Below are positions 12,087-25,222 of a DNA stretch of 64,000 nt, piece by piece (the stretch's first letter is position 1; each line of letters starts with the position of its first letter). The notes beneath the pieces were generated by a model. It saw only the letters and a program-made list of their open reading frames with translations, searched no databases and was not told the DNA's origin. The position numbers were made by a program, and so were the translations under genes. The DNA comes from Nannocystis bainbridge (GTDB lineage: Bacteria > Myxococcota_A > Polyangia > Nannocystales > Nannocystaceae), in the NCBI RefSeq assembly GCF_028368995.1, contig NZ_JAQNDL010000003.1, forward strand, positions 2,624,001 through 2,688,000, in the 5' to 3' direction.

Positions 12087-13094
12087 ATGTCTCTGCTCTC
12101 CCCGGGCGCCCTGCTCCGCTACGAGATGGCCGACTTCGACGCCTCCGACAATTACGAATTCCAGATCCTCGAGACCGACGATCAACTCGTGCTGTCGAGC
12201 GCCTTCGAAGAAGGCGAGCCGGAGGCCGTGATCGCCTTCTCGAACGAGAGCCTGACGGACAGCCGCACCATCGCCGTGCTGTCGCAAGGGTCGTGGCTGT
12301 CCGCCGCGCTCGAAGAGCCGACCCGCGACGACGAGTGTGACCGCCTCGACGCCGACCTGCCGCCGTTCCTGCTCAGCCGCACGCAGCTGATGGAGCTGCG
12401 GGCCGGGGCCACGCGGCTGCGGCGGGAGTGGGCGCCCCCCGGCAGCCAGCCGGGGCAGCTGACGCTGAAGGAGCGGGTGGTCGTCGAGGTCGAGATCGAC
12501 GACGAGCCGCAGGAGTTCACGGCGCTGGTGGCCGCCGGCGACGGGGTCGAGGTGACCGTGATCGACGACGAGGCGTGGCCGCTGGTGGTCGAGCGCATCG
12601 AGGGCGACAACTTCTGGCGCCTGCTCGCGCTCGACCACGGCGAGCTCGGCGACGGCGAGAACGACGACGACGACGACCTGCCGCCGCCCGAGCCCGCCGG
12701 CCCGCTCGCGGCCACCGGCCAGATCGGCAGCGACGCGTTCGTGGCCCTGTGCCAGCGCCTCGGCGTCAGCGGCATGGACATGGACTACCAGGGCTCGCGC
12801 TTCTCGCTGCTCGACGCCGAGCGCAAGATCGTCATCTCCGCCGAGTACAAGATCGTCCTGGTCGCCATGCCCGGCGGGGTGCTTCGCCGCGCTCACGTGT
12901 TCGATCGCTACATCCCCGACCAGGTGCTGGGCCCGCTCACCAGTGACGACCCCGTCGAACAACCCGGCACCCTGAAGGACGGCCTCGCCGCCGCCGAGAA
13001 GCTGGCCGAACGCGCCGGCGCCGACGTGCTCTACCCCGACGCCCTCGGCCCGATGTACATCGCCCTCTTCAACGTCCGCGCCCTCGCGGACTGA
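12087..13094 (+). CDS. Acidic two-domain hypothetical protein
   Basis: AGGAAGG RBS, coding-like bias and an acidic/Pro linker (ENDDDDDLPPPEP). Confidence 0.75.
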   Translation: MSLLSPGALLRYEMADFDASDNYEFQILETDDQLVLSSAFEEGEPEAVIAFSNESLTDSRTIAVLSQGSWLSAALEEPTRDDECDRLDADLPPFLLSRTQLMELRAGATRLRREWAPPGSQPGQLTLKERVVVEVEIDDEPQEFTALVAAGDGVEVTVIDDEAWPLVVERIEGDNFWRLLALDHGELGDGENDDDDDLPPPEPAGPLAATGQIGSDAFVALCQRLGVSGMDMDYQGSRFSLLDAERKIVISAEYKIVLVAMPGGVLRRAHVFDRYIPDQVLGPLTSDDPVEQPGTLKDGLAAAEKLAERAGADVLYPDALGPMYIALFNVRALAD

Positions 13095-13154
13095 TCCGAC
13101 CTGCCTCGCGCTCGGCGTCCTCGCAACGCGAGGCGCCGGCGCAGCCTGCGTCTT

Positions 13155-13307
13155 CGCGGCCTGTGTCTTCGCTGCCGAGGCATCGACGCTCGCGGCCTGC
13201 GTCTCCGCTGCCCGAGGCGTCGATGCTCGCGGCCCGCGTCTTCGCTGCCCGAGGCGTCGACGCTCGCGGCCTGCGTCTTCGCTGCCCGAGGCGTCGACGC
13301 TCGCGGC
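13155..13307. repeat. Spacer-less tandem repeat, 4 x 36-37 bp
   Basis: Unit CGCGGCCTGCGTCTTCGCTGCCCGAGGCGTCGACGCT starts at 13155, 13191, 13228 and 13265. Confidence 0.9.
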
Positions 13308-13433
13308 GACCTCGAGGTCGTCCTCGCAGCGCGAGGTCCCGACCTCCGCGGCGCGTCTCGGGCGACGCAGCAGGACCGGCCGCTGCGCCGCCGCTGACCG
13401 GCCGCGGCGGCCGCGTGTATAGTCGCCGCCTTC

Positions 13434-15371
13434 GTGGCCGACGCGCGACCTCTGAGCCCCGCCGCCGCGGTCGTCTTCGCCTGGGCCGGGCTCGCGCTCG
13501 TCAACGCCGGCTGCATCGCCGCCCGCGCTTTGCCCAATGGCGGCCCGCGGGTGCGCGCGCTGAACCATTTGTTCGACGCCGGCCAGCTGCTGTTCCTCGG
13601 CCTCGTCGGCGGCCTCGCTACCCTGCTGTGGCAGCGCTTCGCCCCGCCGCGCCGATGGCTCGCCCCGCTGGTCCTGGGCCTCGCCACCGGGCTCCTCGGT
13701 TGGGCGATGCTCGCCCCCGACCTCGACAACTTCACCTTGCGCCTCGCCGGTCGCGAGCGCGCCGCGGCCCTCGCCGTCCTCCTGGCCGTCGTACTCGCCC
13801 AGGCCGTGCCCGTCGCCTACCTCGCGGGCCGGCGAATGGCCCGACCTCGCATTCGCTGGTTCGCCGTCGCGGTCGCGGCCATCGCCGCGATTCTAAACAC
13901 CCGCATCCTGCCGCTCGACTATCCGGGCGTGCACGTTTTCCTAGCGATGGCCGCGAGCACCCTCGCCGCCGCCGCGCTCACCGGCATGCTCCCGCGCTGG
14001 CGGCTCCGCCCCGCGTCACGCCGGGTCGCCCTCGCCGTCGTCACCACCCTCGCCGTCGTCACGGTGGTCACCGATCCAGGCAACGCGGCCCGCGTCGAGC
14101 TGACGCGCCTCGACTCCGCCCCCCTCGCCGCGCACGTGCCCCCGTGGCGCGTGACGATCGATGATTCGCAGTACAAGCACATAACGATCCCGCCCGAGCT
14201 CGCCCCGTCGTTCGCCTCGCGCCAGGACGCCCCGCCGATCGCCGCGACCGAGCCGCCGCTCCTGCCGCCCGACGCGATCGTGCTGTTCTTCACCCTCGAC
14301 TCGATGCGCGCCGAGGTGCTGCAAAACCCGACCAACCGCGAGCTGCTGCCGACGCTGCACCGCTGGCGCGACGCCGGCTTCTCCGTCCCGCGGGCCATCA
14401 GCCCCTCGACGGTCACGCGCTTCACCCTCGCCAGCCTGTTCACCGGCGTCGATGTCCCGCAGCTGCGGTGGGCCCGCGACAGCGCCACCCAGGGCTCGCT
14501 CGTCAAGGAGGATCGGCCGCGCATCGCCGATCTGCTGACCGCGCGCGGGGTCACCACGGTGCACGTCCTCAGTCAGTTCGAGCTGGTCAATCATATCAAT
14601 AAAATCGGTCGCGGCTTCTCGGAGGAGATCGAAGCGACGATCCACGCCGGCGACAAATTGGCCTACGCGCCCGCGGTGATGGACGCGATCGTCACGCGCC
14701 TGCGGCAGCACGGCGACGGCCCGCTGTTCCTGTTCGCGCACTTCATGGACGCGCACCACCCGTTCGACTCGGGCGACCGCAAGGGCCGGGCCTACGCGCG
14801 CCACGTGTCCGAGCTCGCCAACATCGACCGCGAGCTGGCCCGCCTCGACGCCTGGCTCGGCGAGGCCGGGCTGTGGCCGCGCACGCTGGTGATCGTCAGC
14901 GCCGACCACGGGCAGGCGTTCGGCCAGCACGGGGTGCAGCACCACGGCGGACCGCCCTACGAGGAGCAGTGCCGGGTGCCGCTCGTCATCACCGGCCCGG
15001 CCGTGCCCGCGCACGAGAGCCCGTGCGACCTGCCGCTGCTCGACCTGTCGCCGACCTTGCTCGACCTGTTCGGCGTCGAGACCCCGGGCCCGTTCGTCGG
15101 CCGCACGCTGGTGCCGGCCCTCCGCGGCGAATCCCCGCAGTGCGAGAGGCCGGTCCTCAGCGCCACGTGGGACGTGTTCGCCCTGCTCCTGCCCGACGGC
15201 CTCAAGGTGATCGACAACCGCCGCAAGCGGACGCTCGAGGTCTACGACCTGAAGGCCGACCCGCGCGAGACGAAGAACCTGTGCGACACGGACCCCGCCG
15301 GCTGCGACGCCCGCGTCGGCCTGCTGCGCCGCTACCTCGAGCTGCAAGGCGCGATCGCGGCGCCGCGCTGA
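13434..15371 (+). CDS. Membrane-anchored sulfatase/alkaline-phosphatase-superfamily hydrolase or transferase
   Basis: N-terminal TM helices; FTLDSMR, T..TLASLFTG, HFMDAHHP, SADHG, HGG and YDLKADP motifs. Confidence 0.85.
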   Translation: MADARPLSPAAAVVFAWAGLALVNAGCIAARALPNGGPRVRALNHLFDAGQLLFLGLVGGLATLLWQRFAPPRRWLAPLVLGLATGLLGWAMLAPDLDNFTLRLAGRERAAALAVLLAVVLAQAVPVAYLAGRRMARPRIRWFAVAVAAIAAILNTRILPLDYPGVHVFLAMAASTLAAAALTGMLPRWRLRPASRRVALAVVTTLAVVTVVTDPGNAARVELTRLDSAPLAAHVPPWRVTIDDSQYKHITIPPELAPSFASRQDAPPIAATEPPLLPPDAIVLFFTLDSMRAEVLQNPTNRELLPTLHRWRDAGFSVPRAISPSTVTRFTLASLFTGVDVPQLRWARDSATQGSLVKEDRPRIADLLTARGVTTVHVLSQFELVNHINKIGRGFSEEIEATIHAGDKLAYAPAVMDAIVTRLRQHGDGPLFLFAHFMDAHHPFDSGDRKGRAYARHVSELANIDRELARLDAWLGEAGLWPRTLVIVSADHGQAFGQHGVQHHGGPPYEEQCRVPLVITGPAVPAHESPCDLPLLDLSPTLLDLFGVETPGPFVGRTLVPALRGESPQCERPVLSATWDVFALLLPDGLKVIDNRRKRTLEVYDLKADPRETKNLCDTDPAGCDARVGLLRRYLELQGAIAAPR

Positions 15372-15381
15372 GTCGCCGCTT

Positions 15382-15570
15382 GCACATGTCCGATGGGACA
15401 TGTCATCGCGGCTCTCCACGCGCGATGACGCCTGTCCTCGGGGACATGCCATTCGCCGGCGAGCCCAGGCACCCCGGCCCGACGGGCCATGTCATCGCGG
15501 CTCTCCAAGTTCGATGACGCCGATCCTCGGGGACATGTCACTCGCCAGCGATCCCCGGCGCCCCGGCCGA
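15382..15570. repeat. 89-bp tandem duplication carrying GACATG units and a hairpin
   Basis: CATGTCATCGCGGCTCTCCA at 15399 and 15488; GGGGACATG cores at 15445 and 15534. Confidence 0.85.
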
Positions 15571-15618
15571 GCCCGCCGCTTCGTCCTTACGAAATCGCGC
15601 CGACCCGTCGCAAGACCC

Positions 15619-15674
15619 TTGACAGGCGGCTCTACGCCTTTTATTTAACCAAAAGGTTCGGTAACCGAACGGTT
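15619..15674 (+). promoter_or_regulatory. sigma70-like promoter with two candidate ArsR operators
   Basis: TTGACA at 15619, AT-rich -10 region near 15642, AACC-N4-GGTT palindromes at 15647-15658 and 15663-15674. Confidence 0.65.
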
Positions 15675-15684
15675 CACCACTAAC

Positions 15685-16035
15685 ATGCCGGCCAACGACC
15701 TCGACGCCACCTTCGCCGCCCTCGCCGACCCCACCCGGCGGGCGATCCTCGCTCGACTCGCGCACGGGGAGGCCTCCGTGTCGGAGCTGGCGGCCCCGTT
15801 CGCCATGAGCCTGCCTGCCATCTCGAAGCATCTGCGCGTGCTGCAGCGCGCGGGGCTCATCAGCCGCGGGCGCAACGCCCAGCAGCGGCCGTGCCGGCTC
15901 GAGGGCGCCCCGCTACGCGCGGTGGCAGCCTTCACCGAGCACTACCGCCAATTCTGGGACGAGAGCTTCGACCGCCTCGACGATTACCTGCGCGAGCTCC
16001 AGGGCGACGACGAGAAGCCGCGACGCAAGCACTGA
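15685..16035 (+). CDS. ArsR/SmtB-family regulator
   Basis: FAALADPTRRAIL...MSLPAISKHLRVL. Confidence 0.92.
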   Translation: MPANDLDATFAALADPTRRAILARLAHGEASVSELAAPFAMSLPAISKHLRVLQRAGLISRGRNAQQRPCRLEGAPLRAVAAFTEHYRQFWDESFDRLDDYLRELQGDDEKPRRKH

Positions 16036-16208
16036 CCGTCGACCTCTCCTGCGCGCGCCCCCGGGCGCGCGAGCACCCGTACCGCACCGGTCGCGTGGCT
16101 TCGCCGCGCCCACGGCTCGGACGAGCACGCCACGCCCGCGCCCATTCCCCATATGACCGTCTGACGATTGTCCCCCCATTGCACGGATCGCACCGACCAG
16201 GAGAACGC

Positions 16209-17162
16209 ATGACCGCAACGACCTCCCATCCCTTCGAGACTGCCGGCGACCGCGAGCTGGTGATCACCCGCGTGTACGCAGCCCCGCGCGAGCTGGTGTT
16301 CAAGACCTGGACCGAGCCCCAGCACGTCGTGCGCTGGTGGGGCCCGCGCGGCTGCACCACCACGATCCAGGAGATGGACGTGCGCCCCGGCGGCGTGTGG
16401 CGCTACGTGATGCGCACGGCCGACGGCACCGACTGGACCAACCGGATCCGCTACCGCGAGGTCGTCGTGCCCGAGCGCCTCGTCTACGACCACGGCTCCG
16501 ACGTCGAAGACGACCCGAACGGATTCCACGTGATCACCGAGTTCCACGACCGCGGCCAGCAGACCGAGGTCGTGATGCGCATGCAGTTCGCCTCGGTCGA
16601 GGCGCGCGACCGGGCCGCCGGGTACGCCGGCGCCAATTCGACGTTCGACCGCCTGCACGAGCTGCTGGACGACCTCGCGGTCGAGTTCGTCGTGCGCCGC
16701 GAATTCGCGGCCCCGCGCGAGCTGGTCTACCGCGCCTTCACCGAGGCCGACCGGCTGGCGCGCTGGTGGGGCCCGAAGGGCTTCACGATGCAGACGCGCC
16801 GCCACGACCCCCGCCCCGGGGGGATCTACCACTACTCGATGCGCGCCGCCGACGGCCACGAGATGTGGGGCAAGATGAAGTACGTGGAGCTGACTCCGCC
16901 CGAGCGCCTGGTGTTCGTCAATTCGTTCGCCGACGGCGAGGGCAACATCATCGCGCCGCCGTTCGCCGACGACTGGCCGCAGGAGATCTTGCACACGATC
17001 ACGCTGACGGAACAGGACGGCAAGACGCTCGTGACGCTCCGCGGCCTGCCGATCCACGCGACGCCAGCCCAGCGCGCGACGTTCCTCGCGGGCCACGCTT
17101 CAATGCAAGGCGGCTACGGGTCGAGCCTCGACCAGCTCACCGAGCTGCTCGCGACCGAGTGA
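16209..17162 (+). CDS. Tandem SRPBCC (AHSA1-like) domain protein
   Basis: Two copies of AAPRELV...RWWGP...RPGG...PERLV; GGAG RBS. Confidence 0.9.
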   Translation: MTATTSHPFETAGDRELVITRVYAAPRELVFKTWTEPQHVVRWWGPRGCTTTIQEMDVRPGGVWRYVMRTADGTDWTNRIRYREVVVPERLVYDHGSDVEDDPNGFHVITEFHDRGQQTEVVMRMQFASVEARDRAAGYAGANSTFDRLHELLDDLAVEFVVRREFAAPRELVYRAFTEADRLARWWGPKGFTMQTRRHDPRPGGIYHYSMRAADGHEMWGKMKYVELTPPERLVFVNSFADGEGNIIAPPFADDWPQEILHTITLTEQDGKTLVTLRGLPIHATPAQRATFLAGHASMQGGYGSSLDQLTELLATE

Positions 17163-17171
17163 GTAATCTTC

Positions 17172-17284
17172 TTGTAAGGACATGTTTTGAAAGACATGTC
17201 CTTACAATCATATTACCGGAATTGCGCCGGATGATAGCCTGAAGACCGACATGTCCCTTGGAGCATGTTCATGAGAGCACCCTC
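17172..17284. repeat. 14-bp-period GACATG arrays, including a 36-bp near-perfect palindrome
   Basis: TTGTAAGGACATGTTTTGAAAGACATGTCCTTACAA; cores at 17181, 17195, 17209 and at 17250, 17264. Confidence 0.85.
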
Positions 17285-17303
17285 GCAACCGGCGCTCTTG
17301 CCC

Positions 17304-20165
<2,862 letters not shown>

Positions 20166-20373
20166 AGCCTCGCCAGTGTCGCCCTCGCGGCCGTTCGCGA
20201 CAAGGTCCGCGCGTGCGTTCCGCGACCTCGGGCGTTCTCCTGCGAGGAACGCTGTGTCGCAGCGGACGGGCCCGCGAAGTCCGGGGCGAGGGCCCGGCGA
20301 CCTACGCGGACCCTGTTACACTGCTCGCGTGAATCCCCCTTCGGTCTTGACGGCGGACCTCCGTGGACGCCAG

Positions 20374-22317
20374 GTGAGGCGGCGCGCGCTCGCCGTCCTC
20401 CTGTTTATCCTGCTCGGCCTCGGCCTCGCGCTCGGTGACACGGTCGAGCCCGCTGGTCACGTGCTCGACGAGTCGGCGCTCATGCACGCGACCACCGCCT
20501 CGCCACCGCTCGAGGTCGCGGCCCCGCCGACGCTCGAGCAGCTGCAGGCCCGCATCGCCGCCGTGCTGAAGCGCGAGGGCGTGCCCGGCGTCGGCCTCGC
20601 CCTGGTCGACCGCGACGGCGTGCAGTGGGCCGGCGGCGTCGGCCTCGCCGACCGCGACCTCGGCGTCCCCGTCGGCCCCGACACCCAGTTTCGCGTCGCC
20701 TCGATCACCAAGAGCTTCGTCGCGCTCGGCGTCATGCGCCTGGTCGAGCAGGACCGCCTCGACCTCGACCAGCCGCTGCGCGAGCGCATGCCCGACATCG
20801 CGCTGACAAACGACTGGGACGCCTCCTCGCCGATCACCCTCGCGCACGCGCTCGAGCACACCGCCGGCTTCGACGAGATGCGCTTCAACGAGTACTGGAG
20901 CCCCGACGACGGCCCCGCCCCGCGCGACGCCCTCGCCATCAACCCGCACTCGCGCGTCGCTCGCTGGCGGCCGGGCAGCCGCGCGTCGTACTCGAACCCC
21001 GGCTACACGCTCGCCGGTCACGCCATCGAGCTCGCCACCGGCGAATCGTACGAGTCGTTCCTCGAGCGCGAGGTGCTGCGCCCGCTCGGCATGCCGACGG
21101 CCCGCTTTCGTCGCACCCGCGAATACGCCGACCGCCTCGCCACCGGCTATCACGGCATCGAGCGCGCCGCCACCTTCCAGCCGATCTACCACGCCCCGGC
21201 CGGCGCGCTGCTGGCCTCCCCGCGCGAGCTCGGGCAGCTGGTCCACTTCTGGCTGCGCCGCGGCGACCTCGGCGGCCCGGCGATCGTCGGCCCCGAGTCG
21301 CTCGCGCGCATCGAGCGGACCGGCACCCTGGCGTACCTCGGCACCGACACCAATTACGGCCTCGGCAATTACGGCGACGTGCTGCACGCGTCGCGCGGCC
21401 GCGGCCACGACGGCGGCCTGCCGGGCTTCCTCTCGAGCTACCGCTATTTCCCCGAGCTCGGGGTCGGCTACGTCATGCTGCTGAACAGCACGCATTCGCT
21501 GCCGGCATACCTCGAGATCCGCGCGCTGCTGTTCGCCTACCTCACCGGCGGTCGCGCCGTCCCGCCGCCGCCGCCGCCGCTCGCGCCCGACCCGAAGGCG
21601 ATCGCGGCGCTCACCGGCTATTACGGGTACGCCAACCCGCGCGTGCAGCTGTTCGGCTTCCTCGAGCGGGCGATGATCGGCATCTCCGTGCGCCCCGACC
21701 CCGCCGGCGTCGACCTCGAGATGCTGACCGGCGGCCGCGTGCAGATGGTCCCGACCGGTGACGGCGGCTTCCGTCACTGGCGCGAGGGCGGCACCAGCAT
21801 CCGCCTCACCCGCGGCGACGACGACCGGAAGATCCTCTTCGGCGGCCTCGCCTACTTCGAGGAGGGCTCGTACGCGTGGGCCCGCGCGCGCCTGCTGGCG
21901 CTCGCAGCGGCCAACTTCCTGACCCAGCTCGCCCCGCTGTGGGCGCTCGGGTGGGCGCTGTGGGCCGCGTTCCGCCGCCTGCGCGGCCGCGCGATCGCCA
22001 GCGGCGAGTTCGCGCTGCACGCCTGGCCCGCCGCGGCCGGGCTGACGTGGGTCGCGCTGCCGCTGCTGTTCATGCACATGGCCCGCGCCGAGGCCTACAC
22101 CACCGCCAACCCGCTGAGCGTCGGGCTCTGCCTCGGCACCCTGGTGTTCGCCGCCTGCTCGGCCGCCGCTGTGGCCGAGGTCGTGCGCGCCGGGGTGGCG
22201 CGCACGGTGCCGCTGTCCGTGCGGCTGGTCCCGAGCGCCGCCGCGCTCGCCAGCTTCGGCATGACCCTCTACTTGATGTTCCACGGCATCATCGGCGTGC
22301 GCCTGTGGGCGTGGTGA
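20374..22317 (+). CDS. Serine hydrolase (beta-lactamase/AmpC family) with C-terminal TM helices
   Basis: FRVASITK (SxxK), LEHTAG, YSN and GHDGG motifs. Confidence 0.88.
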   Translation: MRRRALAVLLFILLGLGLALGDTVEPAGHVLDESALMHATTASPPLEVAAPPTLEQLQARIAAVLKREGVPGVGLALVDRDGVQWAGGVGLADRDLGVPVGPDTQFRVASITKSFVALGVMRLVEQDRLDLDQPLRERMPDIALTNDWDASSPITLAHALEHTAGFDEMRFNEYWSPDDGPAPRDALAINPHSRVARWRPGSRASYSNPGYTLAGHAIELATGESYESFLEREVLRPLGMPTARFRRTREYADRLATGYHGIERAATFQPIYHAPAGALLASPRELGQLVHFWLRRGDLGGPAIVGPESLARIERTGTLAYLGTDTNYGLGNYGDVLHASRGRGHDGGLPGFLSSYRYFPELGVGYVMLLNSTHSLPAYLEIRALLFAYLTGGRAVPPPPPPLAPDPKAIAALTGYYGYANPRVQLFGFLERAMIGISVRPDPAGVDLEMLTGGRVQMVPTGDGGFRHWREGGTSIRLTRGDDDRKILFGGLAYFEEGSYAWARARLLALAAANFLTQLAPLWALGWALWAAFRRLRGRAIASGEFALHAWPAAAGLTWVALPLLFMHMARAEAYTTANPLSVGLCLGTLVFAACSAAAVAEVVRAGVARTVPLSVRLVPSAAALASFGMTLYLMFHGIIGVRLWAW

Positions 22318-22390
22318 CCGCGAACGGCGGCGCGGGCCTGCTCGAGCGAGCAAGCGCCGCGCCGCCGCGGTGGTGACAGTCGGCTGTCGC

Positions 22391-23200
22391 TCAGTTGCAG
22401 AGCTGATTGCGGGGGATGCAGCCCTCTTCCTCGCCGCAATGGCAATCGTAGTTGCCCTGGCACGGGCCGCAGGTGGGCTCCTCGGGCGGGGCGCAGTAGC
22501 CCTTGATGTCGTTGATCTTCCAGGTCGAGTAGTAGTTGCTGGCCGCGTACGCGTACGACTGGCAGGCCGACGACGCGCTGGAGAGGGTCGAGGTCGAGCC
22601 GCAGCCGACCGAGAGGCCGGTCTTCGGGCCGCAGCTATGGGTCGTGGTGATCACGCCGCAGGTCGCGTAAGTGTACGTATTGATCGTCTCGGTGATCGCG
22701 TTGCAGGCGTTGTTGTACGTCACGCCCGCGTTGGCCTGGACCGCGTTGCAGGTGCTCGGGCCGGCCAGGGCCGTGTGCGTCAGCTGGGCCTGACAGCGGA
22801 ACGACTCGGCGCTGGGCGCCGCGATCTCCTTGTTCTCGATCTCGACGATGAGGGCGCGGATCTCCGCCAGCTGCCCCGGCGAGGTCTCGCTGCCCGGGAC
22901 CTCCGCCGCGATCGCCAGGTGCTCCTCCGCCGCGTACAGGCTGGCCAGCCCGTGCAGCTTGCCCGGCTCGCCGACGCCGACGAACTCCTCCTGGCCGTCG
23001 GCGCCGATCCGGCTCCACAGGCCTTTGTCTTGCTCGACCCAGCCGTCGCCGAGGCCCAGCTCCGCGGGCGTGAGCAGCGTCGGCTGCGACTCCGGGGTGG
23101 CGCCGTCGTCACCGGGGGCGTCGCAGGCGGACAGCGTGAGCGCCGAGGCGGCGGCGCAGAGGAACGAGAGGGCGAAGAAGTTACGGATGTGCTTGTGCAT
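22391..23200 (-). CDS. Cys-rich lipoprotein
   Basis: GAGG RBS, lipobox LSAC, Cys-rich C-terminus. Confidence 0.8.
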   Translation of the reverse strand: MHKHIRNFFALSFLCAAASALTLSACDAPGDDGATPESQPTLLTPAELGLGDGWVEQDKGLWSRIGADGQEEFVGVGEPGKLHGLASLYAAEEHLAIAAEVPGSETSPGQLAEIRALIVEIENKEIAAPSAESFRCQAQLTHTALAGPSTCNAVQANAGVTYNNACNAITETINTYTYATCGVITTTHSCGPKTGLSVGCGSTSTLSSASSACQSYAYAASNYYSTWKINDIKGYCAPPEEPTCGPCQGNYDCHCGEEEGCIPRNQLCN

Positions 23201-23501
23201 GGTGACCTCGATACAAAAACGTGGGCTGTGAATGCGCTGGTTCGGGCGCACGAGGGCCCGACGTCCGACCGCAAGGGTCGGGCGGGAGCGACGGACGCCA
23301 TGCGTCGTCGCGGGCCTCGTGCGTGCCGGGCGGAGAGCGTCCGGCTTCATGAAGGGGTTGCTCGGGCGCGCCGGTTCCTGACACCCGCCTCGCGAATATT
23401 TTCAGGTCCGCCGCGACGGCGCGGATTCGGGCCGGGCGCCCCCGGCCCTTCGGCGAGTCCGACGGCGGTGGGATGGCCAGGCCTGTCCGGGCGCCCATGC
23501 A

Positions 23502-23546
23502 CGAGATGTCCCTTCGGACATTTTACATGGCCTTCAGGACATCTCG
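23502..23546. repeat. GACAT motif pairs at 14-bp spacing
   Basis: Cores at 23505/23519 and 23526/23540. Confidence 0.65.
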
Positions 23547-23631
23547 CTGGATCATCCACGAGCCCCGAATGTTAAAACGAAGCGCGGCGCCGACGGTTCA
23601 CCCGTCGCCGCCGCGCCTCGTCGAGCTCAGC

Positions 23632-24954
23632 TCACTGCGGGATGACGCCGCAGCTGTCGACCTCGTTCGGCACGCAGCCGGCGCAGTCCCAGCGGAACTT
23701 GTCGATCACGCCGACCGTGTCCCACACCGTGTCGCCGAGGTCGAACACCGAGATGGCGAGCGTGAAGCTCTCGCCCGGCTTGGCGGAGCCCTTGGCGGTG
23801 TACCAGCCGGTCGCGGCGCCCTCGCCGTCGCCGGGGAAGCCGGTGCCGGCGAGCAGCGGGTCGCCGGGCAGGATCGTCATGTACGGGTCGAGCGCGGTGA
23901 CCGTCAGCGGCTGCTCGTCGATGAAGGTGACGTTGCCGGTGAAGGTCTCGCTGGTCGACCACACGATCAGCATGTCGTTGACCGACGCGCCGACGAAGTT
24001 CGGCCACTCCTCGGTGAAGTAGACGAAGTCGAGCAGGTAGCCGTGGGTGCCCTGCGGGACCTGGAGGTCGAACGACATGTAGAACACGTCGTGAGCGACG
24101 CCAGCGCCGATCCCGTTCCACTGGTTGGCGATCGTGTCGGAGCAGTCGTGGACGCCGTCGCAGTTCATGAACGGGGTCCCGCCGGCGCCGTTGTTGCTGC
24201 CCACCTCGTGGTGCATGACGCCCGGGAGCTGCATCAGGTTGTCGGGGTTGCCGTTCCCCTGGCTGTCCTGGTTGTTCTGCTCGACCAGGCCGCCGTCGGC
24301 CTCGAGGTTCGGGAACGTGCCCGAGCCGATCACGAGGAACCGCGAGCCCTCCTTCGGCGCCCACGCCCACTGGTTCGGGTCCATCGGATCCTTGGCGGTC
24401 CCGAAGTGGGTGGCGACGCGGTAGCTGCTGGTGTCCGGCGCCATGATCACGGGGTTGGTGATCGGGATCGCGGCCGCGGGGTTGTCCGAGCAGTTGAGGC
24501 CGATCGCCTTGAAGATGTCGTCGCCGGCCTCATCACATGGCGGCTGGGTCGCCGGCGCCTGACAATCGTCGCTGCCGCCGGTGGTGTCGTTGCCGGTGGT
24601 GGTGTCGTCGGTCGTCGACGAGGTGCCGTCGGTCGTCGTCGTATCGTCGGTCGTCGCCGAGGTGTCGTCGCTCGTCGCGGCCTCGGTCGTCGAGCCGGTC
24701 CCGGTCGCGTCGGCGGTCGTGCTGGTCGCCGGCTCGGTGGCCGACTCCGAGTCGCTCATCGTGCCCGACGGGTCGCCGGTGGTGCCGGTGGAGGTCGGCT
24801 CGTCGACGCCGGTGGTCGACACGCCCGGACCGCTCGGGTTCAGCGTCGCCGTGATGTTCGCGGTGTCCGAGCTCGAGGCGTCGCCGTCGTCACCGCAAGC
24901 GGCGAGGGAGAGGGACAGGCAAGCGGAGAGGGTAATGCTTCGTGTAGGGAGCAT
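23632..24954 (-). CDS. Lipoprotein with Thr-rich stalk and choice-of-anchor-L-like domain
   Basis: Lipobox LAAC; DFVYFTEEWPNFVG..ND and FDLGDTVWDT motifs. Confidence 0.75.
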   Translation of the reverse strand: MLPTRSITLSACLSLSLAACGDDGDASSSDTANITATLNPSGPGVSTTGVDEPTSTGTTGDPSGTMSDSESATEPATSTTADATGTGSTTEAATSDDTSATTDDTTTTDGTSSTTDDTTTGNDTTGGSDDCQAPATQPPCDEAGDDIFKAIGLNCSDNPAAAIPITNPVIMAPDTSSYRVATHFGTAKDPMDPNQWAWAPKEGSRFLVIGSGTFPNLEADGGLVEQNNQDSQGNGNPDNLMQLPGVMHHEVGSNNGAGGTPFMNCDGVHDCSDTIANQWNGIGAGVAHDVFYMSFDLQVPQGTHGYLLDFVYFTEEWPNFVGASVNDMLIVWSTSETFTGNVTFIDEQPLTVTALDPYMTILPGDPLLAGTGFPGDGEGAATGWYTAKGSAKPGESFTLAISVFDLGDTVWDTVGVIDKFRWDCAGCVPNEVDSCGVIPQ

Positions 24955-25222
24955 GTGGGTATCGTGGCCGTCTCGCGCGCGCTCGCCGTTCGTCACGAAC
25001 GGCCGGCGAGATCGACGGGCCACCTTAGCCCGCTTCGCGGCCAACGATCTCTCGGGTTCGCAAGCTTCGCGGCGACGAGGCGGGGGCATCTCCCTGGGCG
25101 ATGCCCTGCCCGCGACGAGGCGAGTGACTTTGCCAACTGCACGGCGCGCACCGCTCGCTGCATGGACCCAGCGAGCGATGTCCTGGAGCGCAGCCGCGGC
25201 TGCGAGTCACATGTCCCTCGGG

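Noticed and set aside
13155-13307. Possible CRISPR array (repeat length 36-37 bp)
   Set aside because: The units abut with no unique spacers and there are no cas genes in the window.
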